This document shows positions 1-11,645 of a DNA stretch of 64,000 nt, piece by piece; position 1 is the stretch's first letter; every line of letters starts with the position of its first letter. The DNA comes from Macrostomum lignano (taxonomy: Eukaryota). Below the pieces are notes generated by a model. It saw only the letters and a program-made list of their open reading frames with translations, was not told the DNA's origin and did no database searches. The DNA is taken from assembly GCA_002269645.1 (NCBI GenBank), contig NIVC01000001.1, positions 1,550,001 through 1,614,000 of the forward strand, given 5' to 3'. The position numbers and the translations under genes are program-made.

Positions 1-1689
1 CTAAATGTAGCTTCGCCCCTTCGCTTTCTGTGTTCTATCATCCTTTGGCTCGCTATCGCACACAGGACAAGCGTAGGACATCCTTTCGAGCTACACATTG
101 AGGTAGCGCTTGCAAATAAGAGTGACGTAATTCGACCTTTAGTGCAAGTAGCCCGTCGATACGGCACTGAGTATTTTAACTCCATCAAGTACTCTCGTAC
201 TCCATCAACTTCGATTGCGATGGTTTTCATATTACCGATTCTGTTAGGTAATTCAGAGTTCGGTTATTACGGAATCTTTACTTAGCATTATAGCTATTGT
301 CTGACAAATAATGGAAAATACATTAGTTAGATTATGATCAAACCATTATTTTCAACAGATGAGATACCGTTTCTGATTATTCGATGTATTTCATTTTCTT
401 ATCGATTCTGGTTTCTGTTATCATACACCTTCCTTCTCCAGTAGCCCAGAATTTCAGTCAATATTTACTGCTACTTACGAGCAGCAGAAGAGATGAATTT
501 CTCGCTCCGCAAAAGCCTCGGCTTCGCTTGGCTTGCCTTTTTATTTTCTGCTGCTCACTAGGCAATGAATAGACTTGCTTTCTGTCTTCCATTTCTATTG
601 CCCTCGCTCAGACTTCCGCGTTGCTAGGAAGCAACTAAAGCATTCAGTAGAGAGCCCAACTGAGTCCCGACATCACACTTCGCCTCTGAAGCCTCGCCCC
701 AACGCCCTTCCTCCGCTCGATTCCTCTTCCCTTACCTCTCGTCCCAGCCAGTGTATTCTCAGGTACATGTATGACGTCATCACATAATTTCGATTATTGA
801 GGTAGCTAAATGAGATTTGCTACAAAGGCGTCTTACTCGTACAAGTTCGATGAGCTTTCACTCTCATTTCGCTGTTGAATGTTCATGCTCAGTAACTAAC
901 CAGGACCGACTCTGATTAACTTGCTAACCGTCGGTGAATGCCCTAACCCTACTCAGCTAGCTGCCCTTCGTCCCTTGTGTTTTTCCAAGAGTGTTGTTAG
1001 ATCATGCAAGATACCACTGCAGGGAATCTCTGGATGAAGCTGGCTTTCTCGTGACATTAATTGCATTTCACTTTGAATTGCTTTTCATTGTTTGTCGGTT
1101 TGTTTGATTCACTACGAGCGAGTCACCAACGTTTCACCATGATGTTTTCCTTACTACCAAGACTTTCTTAGTAATCAAGGAACAATCACTTCTAGCCACT
1201 GCTAGGCAACCCAGTAATCAACTGAAGGTATTTGTTACCTTGAGTCCTGTTTTGCAGAGCGCTTCCGGTGAGTAGTTCTCGCTTTAACTCAGTTGAGGAT
1301 ATCCTGTCGACTGGTAAATCAGGCGTCTCGCTTCCAAGATCTAGGTCCTAGTTCCTCAAGTATTCCTTGGATTCGTTTCCGGCCGGTATCAATGCGGTTT
1401 TAAATAAGCCTTCTCCTTCTAGCAGTGCCTTAATGCACTCTAGGTATAGCTCCGGTAATCGCTGATAGTCCTCTAAGATCTATCAGGGTAGTCTTTCTGG
1501 AGACTACAACCAATGGAGTCGTAATAGACTCAAACTCAATACAAGTGAGACGTCTCAAACAACGGGCGCAAATGAGCAAGGTTTACCGCAAGAACTCGGA
1601 AGAGTCTCAGTAGGAAGTCTTCAGGTTGCTTCCTCTTCAGAGCTTCTCCTTCCGGAGACCGGTTGTGGCTCCGGGTCCGCTTCGGACCA

Positions 1690-2000
1690 CTTGTATTTAT
1701 AGAGAAACAGACCCCTCGTGAGGTCGTCCATCACCTTTTCGTAAATGTCAAAGGGTCACGCTTTGGTTGCTGTCAGGCATGGCAAGATAGAAAATTTTGC
1801 CACTGGTTTACTGTAGAAGCGCATGATTGGTCACGGCAGCAGGGTTATTTTTGGTTACCTTTGATTGGTTTATCTGAGTGCATACTGTATGATGAATCAT
1901 AGATGGGGTTTGTTCTTGACAATTGTAGGTCACACGTGATTGGTTAGGTACTGCAAATAACATGTTCGGGTTTTCTTCTTTCCAATTAGTTGACAAAATG
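1690..2000 (-). mobile_element. degenerate Gypsy-like LTR retrotransposon integrase remnant
   Basis: Minus-strand translation NWKEENPNMLFAVPNQSRVTYNCQEQTPS resembles the integrase core W...LP..LFAYRT...TG.TP. A shifted frame gives *PFDIYEKVMDDLT, resembling the GPY/F module. Heavily decayed. Confidence 0.3.
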
Positions 2001-2254
2001 CATCTGTGGTTTAATATTTAAATTTTACGCAAAGTGGCTGCTACACTACTGAACGAGTAGTATATGAACAATTTTTATGATTCTTATAGGAGACAGATTG
2101 AGAGGCAGATTACCCCCCCCCCCTACTTGATTTCCTCAGCTCAAGTCTGCCGCGGCGTAGCTAAGTTCTTCTGATAAGCTGTCCGATATTTCGTATATTC
2201 TTTTTCTCTGACTAAGTAAAAATCTTCATTCACTTCATTTTCTTTTCTTGCTAC

Positions 2255-4469
2255 TGATGTAACCGCCCTTGTCGCCTGTCCGCTCCTTAGAGAGACGAAC
2301 GCATGACTAGAGGGGGCAATGACCGTAGGCTGCCTATGACCGGGCAATGACCTGACGGACCTCCAGCACCAGACTGTCCCGCCCACATGATTGGTAGCTT
2401 TGGTAGCGCTTTGTGACCAGAGGGCCAAGGACCCACATGGACCCCACCTGTAGCTAAGGTGCAATAGTTGGTCACTCGGTCATAGTATGACCGAGTGGCT
2501 GCCACCACTCTATGTGACCTGGCGCACCTGGATCTTTCTACCAGACCTCTCGAGGCTAGAGCCCCGCCTGGGATGGTTACCAGGAGATTTAGGCTAACAG
2601 GGGAGACACATGCAGCCGAGTACAGGGACTCTGCTTGGGGCATGATCGGGAACTCTGGGCTCAATCTGGAGGATTTCTCAGCAGGGGATCCTTTGTGGCT
2701 GTGAGCGAGGCTGACTTACGACCTTGATTACTAAGAGTAGTATGAGGCGAACATGTACTGTCTACAGTTTAGATTGCTCAGGGCGAAGGGACGCGTCAGC
2801 ATGGGGTTACAACCTTCCTACTGCCATTCTGTGCCAAGACTCGCTAATCCCTCTACTGCACGCACACGCGGCCCCGCAGCACGCACTCACAGGCGGGCTT
2901 TGCACGGGGAGAGGCCATTAGCTTACCCAAACTTCCCTATGCTTTGCCACCCCGGGAGAAAGGCTTAGCAAGCCATGAGTGAAATGATGGTGAAAGAGTG
3001 AATAAGGATGAGGTTAGTTAATAGTTAATAATTCGGCCCTTAGGCAAATAATCAGGCAATTAGGCGGCTTCACTATTAAGTAAAAATACAGCAAAAGATA
3101 CGGTATTACAACTGGCTCAGCTCTCTAATCAGACAATGGAGAAAATAGGCAAACTCCGGATAAGCAAAGGCAATTAGAGCACAAATCAGTAACAGGAACT
3201 TACCGGCAGCTGCACAGAGAGAGAGAGAGAGAGAGAGGCGGAGTGACCGAGGGCGGCTGTAGGCTGCAGTCAGGCAGGCAGTGAAGCGGCGATGCGCTGA
3301 GGCGACGAGGCGCTGGTGTAGATCAGGCGAAGCTGATGATGCTGGGCGGTGTCAGACCGCTGGCCAATAGGCGAGCTCACTTGGGGAGCTGAAGATAACT
3401 TGGCGGTAACAGACCGCGGACCGGCAGGGATTCGTCTTATAGACGAATGGGTCAGAACTCAGTCTGACGGCAAGCCCAAAGAGGCGAAGAGTTCCAAAGA
3501 GTGCAGGATTCTCATGCCGAAATCGCTTCCTTTTATAGCCTTCCCAGCCGCCGCTCCAAGGTCGTTTCCATGACTCCCTCTCTCTGATTGGCTGCCGGCA
3601 GAATGACGTCAGAATGAGTCATGATGAGAAGCATGAGACCGGCATAGCAACATGAGAAATAGAGAAGTTGCGCAATCCGGAGGCGGGGTGGGGGGATAAT
3701 TGGCGCAGCGGGAGGTCGCGAAAGTGTTGCGTAAGCAAACATGGAGAACAATGGGGCTGGGGTCGAGAACAAAGGAATTGGAAATCGGGGGATAATTGGG
3801 GAGAATCGAGAACAATGGAAAAGTAAACATTGGAGAAAAGGTGATAATTAGGTGCGAAAACGAGAACAAAAGAAAGAGAAAATCGGAGAAAATGTGATAA
3901 TTGGTGGGGGTAAAGAGAACAAAAGAATCGAAAACGAGAACAATAGAAGCGGAGGTGGGGTGGGGGTCGCATGAGAAATTTGGGGCGGAGAACAATGGCA
4001 TGAGAAAAGGTTGCGCAAGAGAGGGGGATGAGTCATCGATGAGTCATCGAGGGGAAGAAGGGGTCACACGACTTGCGTCACCGTTTGGGAGTTTGGGAAA
4101 GGATGGGAGGACGGTGAGCACACAACATACTGTAAGTAGACGTAGAGAAAGAGGGGACAGCGCAAGAAAAGAGTGCAGAGAGAGACAAAAAGAGGGGGAT
4201 AGGGAAAGTACAAGAAGAATAGGGTGGAGTGCAGGGGAGATAAGGTAGAGGGGAGGGTACAGAGAGGGACAGGGAGCTCCGGAAAGGCAGGTGTGGCGGC
4301 AGGGGAGACGGAACCAAGGCAGCAGGGGGGTGCAGCAGAGCGGGAGTCTCCAGGCCGGGTCGGAAACCTGGCCGAGTCTCGACGGCTCTGTGCAGGGGGT
4401 ACATGGGATAGGAGGCACTTACGAAAAAGTTCCCATGCCCTATCCCGCGACCAGAGCGTGGTTACATCA
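2255..4469 (-). mobile_element. 2215-bp solo-LTR-like insertion (TG...CA, 10-bp terminal inverted repeat, 4-bp TSD CTAC)
   Basis: Starts TGATGTAACC (2255-2264) and ends GGTTACATCA (4460-4469). CTAC flanks both ends (2251-2254, 4470-4473). The joined flanks align with the uninterrupted paralogous sequence at ~9454-9680, which has a single CTAC. Strand inferred from internal promoter motifs. Confidence 0.8.
3531..3677 (-). promoter_or_regulatory. Pol II promoter inside the solo LTR (TATA, CCAAT, CRE, AP-1, C/EBP motifs)
   Basis: Minus-strand TATAAAA (3531-3537), CCAATC (3586-3591), TGACGTCA (3604-3611), TGAGTCA (3615-3621), TTGCGCAA (~3669-3676). Order and spacing fit a leftward-firing U3 promoter. 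Confidence 0.55.
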
Positions 4470-4933
4470 CTACTTTTCAGTAGAGCCGCTACGCTTCATT
4501 TCCTCAGGTAGAATCGCATGGTTCTACTTTTTGTGTGCTTACTATAATTGCTCCGCATCTTGCATGTCAGGAAGTGAGGTTCATATTATCTTCCAGAAAG
4601 CAGTTGATCTTCATTAGAAGCACATCGGATGGCAGACAATTTACGGAAATGGCAGTATCTGCGTGGCGCCTGTGCCTGTATGAATTATTTACATGTTGCT
4701 AGCATTGGGATTCTTGCCACGCAGAAACGATTCCTGATCTTCCTCGACACGTACTCCCATAAAAATCTGCACGGCATCCAACAGCCGCGGAGTCCATATA
4801 ATGGGTCGCTTCTTCATTGGCTACCGCTGCATGCAGCCTCTACAAACGCTTTAAAAGAAAAGAAACTTGCGAAGACGACTCACAAAAACTCAAACACCGA
4901 TTCAACTCACAAAACTCAAGAGAAACGAAAGAC

Positions 4934-5992
4934 ATGCTGACGGATCTGATTTTTTCTCTGCTGCAGGTGCTGTTTGCAGTCGCTGGTCGAGCCGAAGCTT
5001 CAAGCGGCTGTGCAACGCGCCACACTCTGCAGCCGCTGCACAGCGACTCCTGCGTGCCGGACGCCGACCTGCAGCGTCAACTGCGGCTGCCCAACGCGCA
5101 GCTCATGCCAGGCGCCTTTGATGCGAAGTCCTGCGCGATGGCCTGCGCTTTCCGACCGAGCGCGTGCGCGGTCGCTCAGTTCCGCTTCGTGGCCCGCCTG
5201 TGTCACGTGACTGCGGACCTGCCGCGACCTGCCAGCGAGGCGGAGGCGGACGGCACGGCGAGCCGCGGCGACTGCGTGGCGACGCTGCTGAGACGCGACG
5301 CTTCCGGAGCGACCGGCTGGCAGTTCGCCGCTCGGCTGTCGGCCTTCTTCGACTTCCGCATCTCCGACCGGAACCTCGGCATTGTCGGTGTCAGCTCGCC
5401 GCTCTCCGCGCCGGCGCGGCTCGGCGGTACCGCCATGCGCAACGCGTCGGGCGCCGTGCTGCCCGGTCGGCTCGACTCGTTCGTGAAGATCGGCGTAGCG
5501 CCGCCGGGCTTTCAGGCCTTTGAATCGTCGTCGAAGGAGTACACCTTCTTCTTCAGCATCGCGGGAATGCCCAGCGTTTCTAGAGGCCAGACGTACCTGC
5601 TTCGAATCGTGCCTTCCAGCAATCCAACCAGTAAATTCTGCTCGTTCGCGTATTTTTCGGATGGTGACATGAGGTTCGCCAACTTGTTCACTGAAACAAT
5701 CGGCTACGTGACCGTCAACTCAATGCCGCTGGTTGCAAAGCAGAAGTTTTTTATTGGTGCAACCTATAGCAATGCTACGGCTGCCTCCACTGCTCTCTTC
5801 AATGGCACGGCTTACTCTGTCACGCAGTATAACAGCTACACTCTCAGTGCCGACACTGTTTTCGACGAGATCCGGCTTGGATCAGAAGGAACAGGTGATG
5901 TATACTCTTTTAAGGGAACAATAATCTGCTTTGCCATGGCTTCAGTGGCCCTGTCGCCTGAAGAATTCCAGGCCTTGGGCTCCGTCTGCTAA
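4934..5992 (+). CDS. secreted PAN/apple-like + LamG/ConA-like jelly-roll protein, copy 1 (352 aa, intronless)
   Basis: ATG 4934 begins signal peptide MLTDLIFSLLQVLFAVAGRAEA. Cys pattern SCAMAC..RPSAC......LC fits PAN/apple. C-terminal FIGATY..LFNG..DEIRLG..FKGTIICF..ALSPEEFQAL fits Laminin_G_3/ConA-like domains. Stop TAA 5990-5992. Confidence 0.8.
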   Translation: MLTDLIFSLLQVLFAVAGRAEASSGCATRHTLQPLHSDSCVPDADLQRQLRLPNAQLMPGAFDAKSCAMACAFRPSACAVAQFRFVARLCHVTADLPRPASEAEADGTASRGDCVATLLRRDASGATGWQFAARLSAFFDFRISDRNLGIVGVSSPLSAPARLGGTAMRNASGAVLPGRLDSFVKIGVAPPGFQAFESSSKEYTFFFSIAGMPSVSRGQTYLLRIVPSSNPTSKFCSFAYFSDGDMRFANLFTETIGYVTVNSMPLVAKQKFFIGATYSNATAASTALFNGTAYSVTQYNSYTLSADTVFDEIRLGSEGTGDVYSFKGTIICFAMASVALSPEEFQALGSVC

Positions 5993-8104
5993 CCTTGCAG
6001 ACGTGTTTTTGGACTTTAATTTGCTAAAGATCTTACGGACTGAACAGAAAGGATACAGCTTCACACCAGCTAGTTTAACCTCCATCATTGTAAGGTCAGC
6101 TTCTGTCCTAATTCCTCTATTTTGATTATCTCTAGGCAACCAAAATGTGTAGCTAAAGTTGCTTGTCAACCGATTGAAGCTATTACAGAAACCACTTATA
6201 AGCCTCAAAGGTATTAAAATGTCTACAGACATAAACAACAAACCAACCGTTGTATGTGAATGTCAGCGTTTGACCTGGACACAAATTAGATTCATTGATT
6301 AGAATTCATTAGAACTTGAATGAGGAGAGGAAGAACCTTGAATGAGTTTATTCAAGCGGCCACCGAGTTTCTACATCTCTACATCTCTAGTCTCTATGTT
6401 TGCAGGCATCCCTACAAAAGATTACACGTAGGAATGCCTGCAAACACAAATAGAGATGTCTCCTTTTTTGAACTTTCCACAAATTATGCATGTCTATGTC
6501 TGTTAATGGTTCGATTTAACAATCTGGTTCTTAATCCCATTTCGTTTTGAGCAAAGGTTCCTAACTAGTGGCAGACAATGAAATATATTGAGCAGGGTCG
6601 AGGCTATTATGCGGCATTCCAGGTGTCTCTGAAGGTTTCAACGATATCAGCGAATAGAAATGCATCAGTGAAAACATATAGCATATGACAAACAAACAGC
6701 GCCCCTCGTTATGGAGCCATCAAAGAATTTGTTAAACATTTTTGAATAAACTACAGGTAGCTTCTGACCTCAACCTTGACATCTCAGCAATCCACCCGTC
6801 AGCCTTGACATATCAGAAATTCCTTATGAGCCTTGACATCTAGCAATTCCCCAATGAAACTTTTATGTTCGAAATGACTTCTTTCATTTTTAAAATGACG
6901 CTTCTTTTTGTTTGACATGATGCTTCTTTTTTGTTTGACATGACGCTTCTTTGATGTCGTATACAAAAATTTTATTAGATGGCGATCTAAAGGGGGAAGG
7001 CTATTTGGCCATTTTTCCCAGAAGCCTCGTCATGACAACTACTTTTTTAAAACATATTGTTTCTGTTGCTGTTTTCTTTTTTCGATAAAACAAATCGTTG
7101 CTGTTGCTTCTTACCTTTCTTCTCACTAAACCTAATCATTGCTGTTTTTGCTTATCTTTGCAACTTTTTGATTTCTGGAAAAAATTTTCTGCGAAATTTT
7201 TTCGTTTAGGAGGCTAAGTTTTCAGTTGATTCTTGCTAAACTACGTAGTTTCGTAGCAACTTTTAATGAGGTAGAGATCTGAAGTGAAGGATTACGACTG
7301 AATATTTCACTGCATTGTCTAAACAGAACTACGCAAATATACAATAGCTAAATCAAACTAGCTAAACGGAAAACCAACGGAAGCCAAAAAAACGAATTTT
7401 TAAAGACAAAAGAGTTTTCTTCCCAGGAAATGGCTAGATGCGTTTCCTGACTCCACATCGATTTCTTTTGCCAGAAAACAATGCAGATAGGAGCTAGCTG
7501 GCTACTGTAACTCTCATAGGAGATGCCACGACGACTCTCACAACTATTCATACTGGGCTACATGTACTACTATACGATAATTCTAACTACTAGACCCAGT
7601 TTGTCTAGCTACAAGAGTATAGAGATAAAAGACTGATCGGCTCACTTCTGAAGTGTAAAGATATGTACAGATTTTTTCGGCAGCAATTTCGTAAGCTGAA
7701 GCTGCGTAGTGGCTGAAAGTAAAGAAAATAAAGCTGAAAGTATCTGTCTATATCGTTATTGTATCCTTTTGGCACTTTGTCCATGGCACTTTGAAAGAGC
7801 AGTAAAGATCATTAGTCAATCGTCTATGGTAACTGGAGAGGATAGTAAAGACGACTAGCCAATCTGTCATGAATTTATTCTCTAGTGGATTTTGAGCTTT
7901 CCATAGCTACTTCCATAATTCTATATTGAGAATAGAAAAATGAGCGGTATCGTTTCTCGTCGCAAGAAAAACTTGCGACGAAAATATTCCTGGTGGAGAA
8001 ATATTCGGACTCTCCACGGACGATTTAAGGCTTTTGTCACCCGAGAGTCGATCAATCTCTTTGGTCTGGAGATTGACAATTTGGATGTGTGGTCCAGTAC
8101 CAAA

Positions 8105-8462
8105 GTGCTGCCTGAGCTGCAACTAGCAAAGATCTGCAAACGCTGGACCGGACTGACAATGAATCTGTGCCGAAATCGACCGACACTCAACGAAAACTTC
8201 ACGTGACAAGGTTCCGCCAGTTCCTCAATGAGAAAGGGACTTTAAACGGGAGTTTTAGCGTGTACCGGATCGGTTCCTGAACGGTTATCTGAGGCTTTTC
8301 TACTCCTCTCTTTAAAAGCTGGATGGAGCACACTACGTGCTGACGTCTCTCATCTGTTTTCGTGCGGCCATTTAACGGCACCTGGAATCCCCGTCCGTCA
8401 AACGCCAGGTGAACATCACTACCTACCGGAGAATTATTCAAGCGTTGCAACGGAATCATTGT
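8105..8462 (+). pseudogene. Crypton-type (DUF3504/KIAA1958/ZMYM-like) tyrosine recombinase transposon relic
   Basis: Across frameshifts and stops reads DLQTLDRTDNESVPKSTDTQRKLHVTRFRQFLNEKG.. then FLNGYLRLFYSSL*KLDGAHYVLTSLICFRAAI*RHLESPSVKRQVNI. This matches the CryptonA N-terminal pattern (pknT..fl..L..Fy...k.dG..Y..sSL....aai.RhL). Confidence 0.6.
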
Positions 8463-8504
8463 CTAACTTATGGGTGACAGAAGAACAAAACTTTGTTTTC
8501 CAAA

Positions 8505-8740
8505 GGGTCGGCAAAGCCAACCCTTAAAGGCAGAGAGTGTACATGTACATGCCTGACGATTAGAAAGTCAGATGGCCACTGTACACCCCGTGTGAGCGGT
8601 GTATGAGTGCGTGTCTGTGTACCGCAGTATTGTTGCATTTGTGTGTGCTCAGGAGTCAGCGTGATGGGCAGAACTGCCTCAGCGATGGTTGCGGGACGAT
8701 GTCGCCGAAAGCGTTGCGCCATGGGTGCCCACATGCCCTC
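8505..8740 (+). mobile_element. dispersed repeat family copy A, beginning with a GGCAAAGCC hairpin (possibly Helitron/Helentron-like non-autonomous)
   Basis: AAGGGTCGGCAAAGCCAACCCTT hairpin, then GTACATGCCTGACGAT and ATGGGCAGAACTGCCTC. Aligns with the reverse complement of 19350-19550. Confidence 0.45.
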
Positions 8741-9154
8741 CTGCAATTATTTTTACTTAGGCTTACAGGAAGTGCAAACTGGGAGAGCACTTCAAAACGA
8801 TCTACTCGACTTACTTCGTTCTCTTTGACATGTACATGTAGTTTAACTGGAGCTGTAGTATGGAACACGGACAGTTAAAGCAGAAGGACGCTGCACTTTA
8901 TTTTCTTAAAAATGAGCCTGGGGCCGCTTAGGAACGTCATGTTTATCGTATCGCCAGTGCATTCAGTATGCTTTCGAAAAAATCTGATTCTTGTCTGCTT
9001 AAACCAGTGAGCCGAAGTCAAGGCAGTTGGCACGAGAGGCGCAGGTTCGAGCCTGACCCGATTCAAGCAAAGAAAACTCGACAGAGAGAGGTAGAGTTTG
9101 AGCGCGTCAATTCAACGAGCCAAGCCATGCATAGCCGATTTTGCATTTGAGTCC

Positions 9155-9300
9155 TGAACACCGAAAGCTTCCTGATCATCGACAGTGGAACACCGAGCTG
9201 CCCATCCAGTTACCAAGCTTCCTGATCATCGGCAGTGGAACACCGAGCTGCCCATCCAGTTACCAAGCTTCCTGATCATCGACAGCAGAACATCGAGCTG
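9155..9300. repeat. 50-bp tandem repeat, ~2.5 copies
   Basis: GAACACCGAGCTGCCCATCCAGTTACCAAGCTTCCTGATCATCG(A/G)CAGTG repeated with period 50. Confidence 0.85.
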
Positions 9301-10574
9301 TATGGCTACTGTAGCGCCGCCCCGCCGCAGCCCGTGGCCAGTGAACTCACATGGCGTCAAACCCGCCGATGTGCACAACGAGCGAAGCCTACCGTCAAAA
9401 ATACAAGCCGTCAGAGGCGTGTTTGAGCATTCATTTATATACTTATATGTATACGATATTTCCTATATTCCTGTTTTCTGACTAATTCAAAATCTTTATT
9501 TATCTTCACTTTCTTTTATTGCTACTCTCTTCAGTAGTGCCGCAACGCTTCATTTGCTCAGGTAGGCTCTCGTATGGTTCTACTTCTTGCGTACTTTAGT
9601 ATAATTGCTCCATGTTTGCACGAGTGGGTGAGGTTCATACTCTTTTCCAGATAGCAGTCGATATTCATTAGAAGTAGCTCGTACATCGACTCGATGAGAT
9701 AAACGAGCGATTTTGAGGAAGAAAATTTAGGGATTACGGCAGTACCTGTCATACGTCGTACGGCAGGCTCTCCTAAAAATACACAAGTGCAAGAGCCAAT
9801 AGCCTCCGGTTCTAGACGGTCTCCAGGCAAACTCATTAACCTCGGCCTCTCCGTTCGTCTACGATTAACTTAGAGAATTTAGGATAAGGGAAAAACTGTA
9901 ATAAAAATTGGGTAGCACAGGTTGCACTAATAGGAGTCGTGCCTCAAAAGAACCTGCAGTCAAGACCATCGCACATTGTAAGAAATACTAGTAATGAGGT
10001 AATGGGGTAATGTGGGTATTTTACTATCTCCTAATATTTGTTAAACTGTCATTTGTGCTACTCCAATTAATTTTTTGATATTAAGGATTGGACAAGTCAT
10101 TTTTCTCTAAATTCCTGTCCTTATTCTTTAATTTCTTATGCTATGATAAGGGGAATGTCTGGGCTCCTAGTGGCAGAGCTAGCGAACTACATGACATCAG
10201 TATCTACAAAGATTAAAACAAGAATAAACCAGTAGTCTCGATCACACGGGAGCCATTCCACTAGCAATGGGATCCATGGACACACTTTCTTTCGAGGTGG
10301 GCATGTTCGAAGTCGAGGCCTGAAGTCGACTCAGTATGTGTGGGGGGGGGGGGAACAGAAGATCGTACCAAGGACAACTAGTGGTCCTTGGATCGTCCAT
10401 GTCGTAACAAAACTGCACGGCATCCAACAGCAGCGGAGTCTATTAGCAGGTCGCTTCTTCATTGGCTACCGCTGCATGCAGCCTCGGAAAACGCTTTATA
10501 AGGGTACCAAACTTGCGAAAACGACTCAAACACCGATTCAACTGACTTAACGTGACTCAAGAAAAACAAACGAC

Positions 10575-11645
10575 ATGCAGACGGATCTGATTTTTCCTCT
10601 GCCTCTGCTGCAGCTGCTGTTGCTGGCTGTCGCTGGTCGAGCTGAAGCTGCAAGCGGCTGTGCAACGCGCCACACTCTGCAGCCGCTGCACAGCGACTCC
10701 TGCGTGCCGGACGCCGACCTGCAGCGCCAGCTGCGGCTGCCGAACGTGCAGCTCATGCCGGGCGCCTCGGACGCGAAGTCCTGCGCGATGGCCTGCGCTC
10801 TCCGACCGAGCGCGTGCGCGGTCGCCCAGTTCCTCTTCGTCGCCCGGCTGTGTCACGTGACTGCGGAGCTGCCGCGACCGGCCAGCGAGGCGGAGGCGGC
10901 CGGCACGGCGAGCCGCGGCGACTGTGTGGCGACGCTGCTGAGACGCGACGCTTTCGGAGCGACCGGCTGGCAGTTCGCCGCTCGGCTGTCGGCCTTCTTC
11001 GACTTCCGCATCTCCGACCGGAACCTCGGCATTGTCGGTGTCGGCTCGCCGCTCTCCGCGCCGGCGCAGCTCGTCGGTACCGCCATGCGCAACGCGTCGG
11101 GCGCCGTGCTGCCCGGTCGGCTCGACTCGTTCGTGAAGATCGGCGTGGCGCCGCCAGGCTTTCAGGCCTTTGCTTCGTCCCCAAAGGAGTACACATTCTT
11201 CTTTAGCCTAACGGGCATGCCGAATATCCCGACTGCAAATCTCCATCTTCTGCGAATCGTGAATTCCGACAACCCCACCGGACCGTTCTGCTCATTCATG
11301 TTCTTCACTAGCGACAGCAAGCTGAAGTTCACCAACTTTTTCTCTGAAACAATCGGCTACGTGACCGTCAACTCGATGCCGCTGGTTGCTCAGCAGAAGT
11401 TTTTTGTTGGTGCAACCTATAGCAATGCTACGGCTGCCTCCACTGCTCTCTTCAATGGCACGGCTTACTCTGTCACGCAGTATAACAGCTACACTCTCAG
11501 TGCCGACACTGTCTTCGACGAGATCCGGCTTGGATCAGAAGGAACAGGTGATGTATACTCTTTTAAGGGAACGATAATCTGCTTTGCCATGGCTTCAGTG
11601 GCCCTGTCGCCTGAAGAATTCCAGGCCTTGGGCTCCGTCTGCTAA
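10575..11645 (+). CDS. secreted PAN/apple-like + LamG/ConA-like protein, copy 2 (356 aa, intronless)
   Basis: Signal peptide MQTDLIFPLPLLQLLLLAVAGRAEA. Near-identical to copy 1 except for one internal block. Confidence 0.82.
   Translation: MQTDLIFPLPLLQLLLLAVAGRAEAASGCATRHTLQPLHSDSCVPDADLQRQLRLPNVQLMPGASDAKSCAMACALRPSACAVAQFLFVARLCHVTAELPRPASEAEAAGTASRGDCVATLLRRDAFGATGWQFAARLSAFFDFRISDRNLGIVGVGSPLSAPAQLVGTAMRNASGAVLPGRLDSFVKIGVAPPGFQAFASSPKEYTFFFSLTGMPNIPTANLHLLRIVNSDNPTGPFCSFMFFTSDSKLKFTNFFSETIGYVTVNSMPLVAQQKFFVGATYSNATAASTALFNGTAYSVTQYNSYTLSADTVFDEIRLGSEGTGDVYSFKGTIICFAMASVALSPEEFQALGSVC

Noticed and set aside
4817-4933. N-terminal extensions given by the ORF track for copies 1 and 3 (4817, 19975)
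   Set aside because: They start at non-ATG codons or precede a clear signal peptide. The downstream ATGs (4934, 20113) match copy 2.
4985-5522. Positive selection on the PAN module between copies 1 and 2
   Set aside because: A manual tally gave roughly equal numbers of synonymous and nonsynonymous changes, which implies dN/dS below 1.
9755-10406. Possible 640-bp insertion upstream of copy 2 flanked by GTCGTA, with a CCAAGGAC..GTCCTTGG hairpin
   Set aside because: No TIR or LTR termini, and copy 1 does not give a clean empty site. A 6-bp match may be chance.
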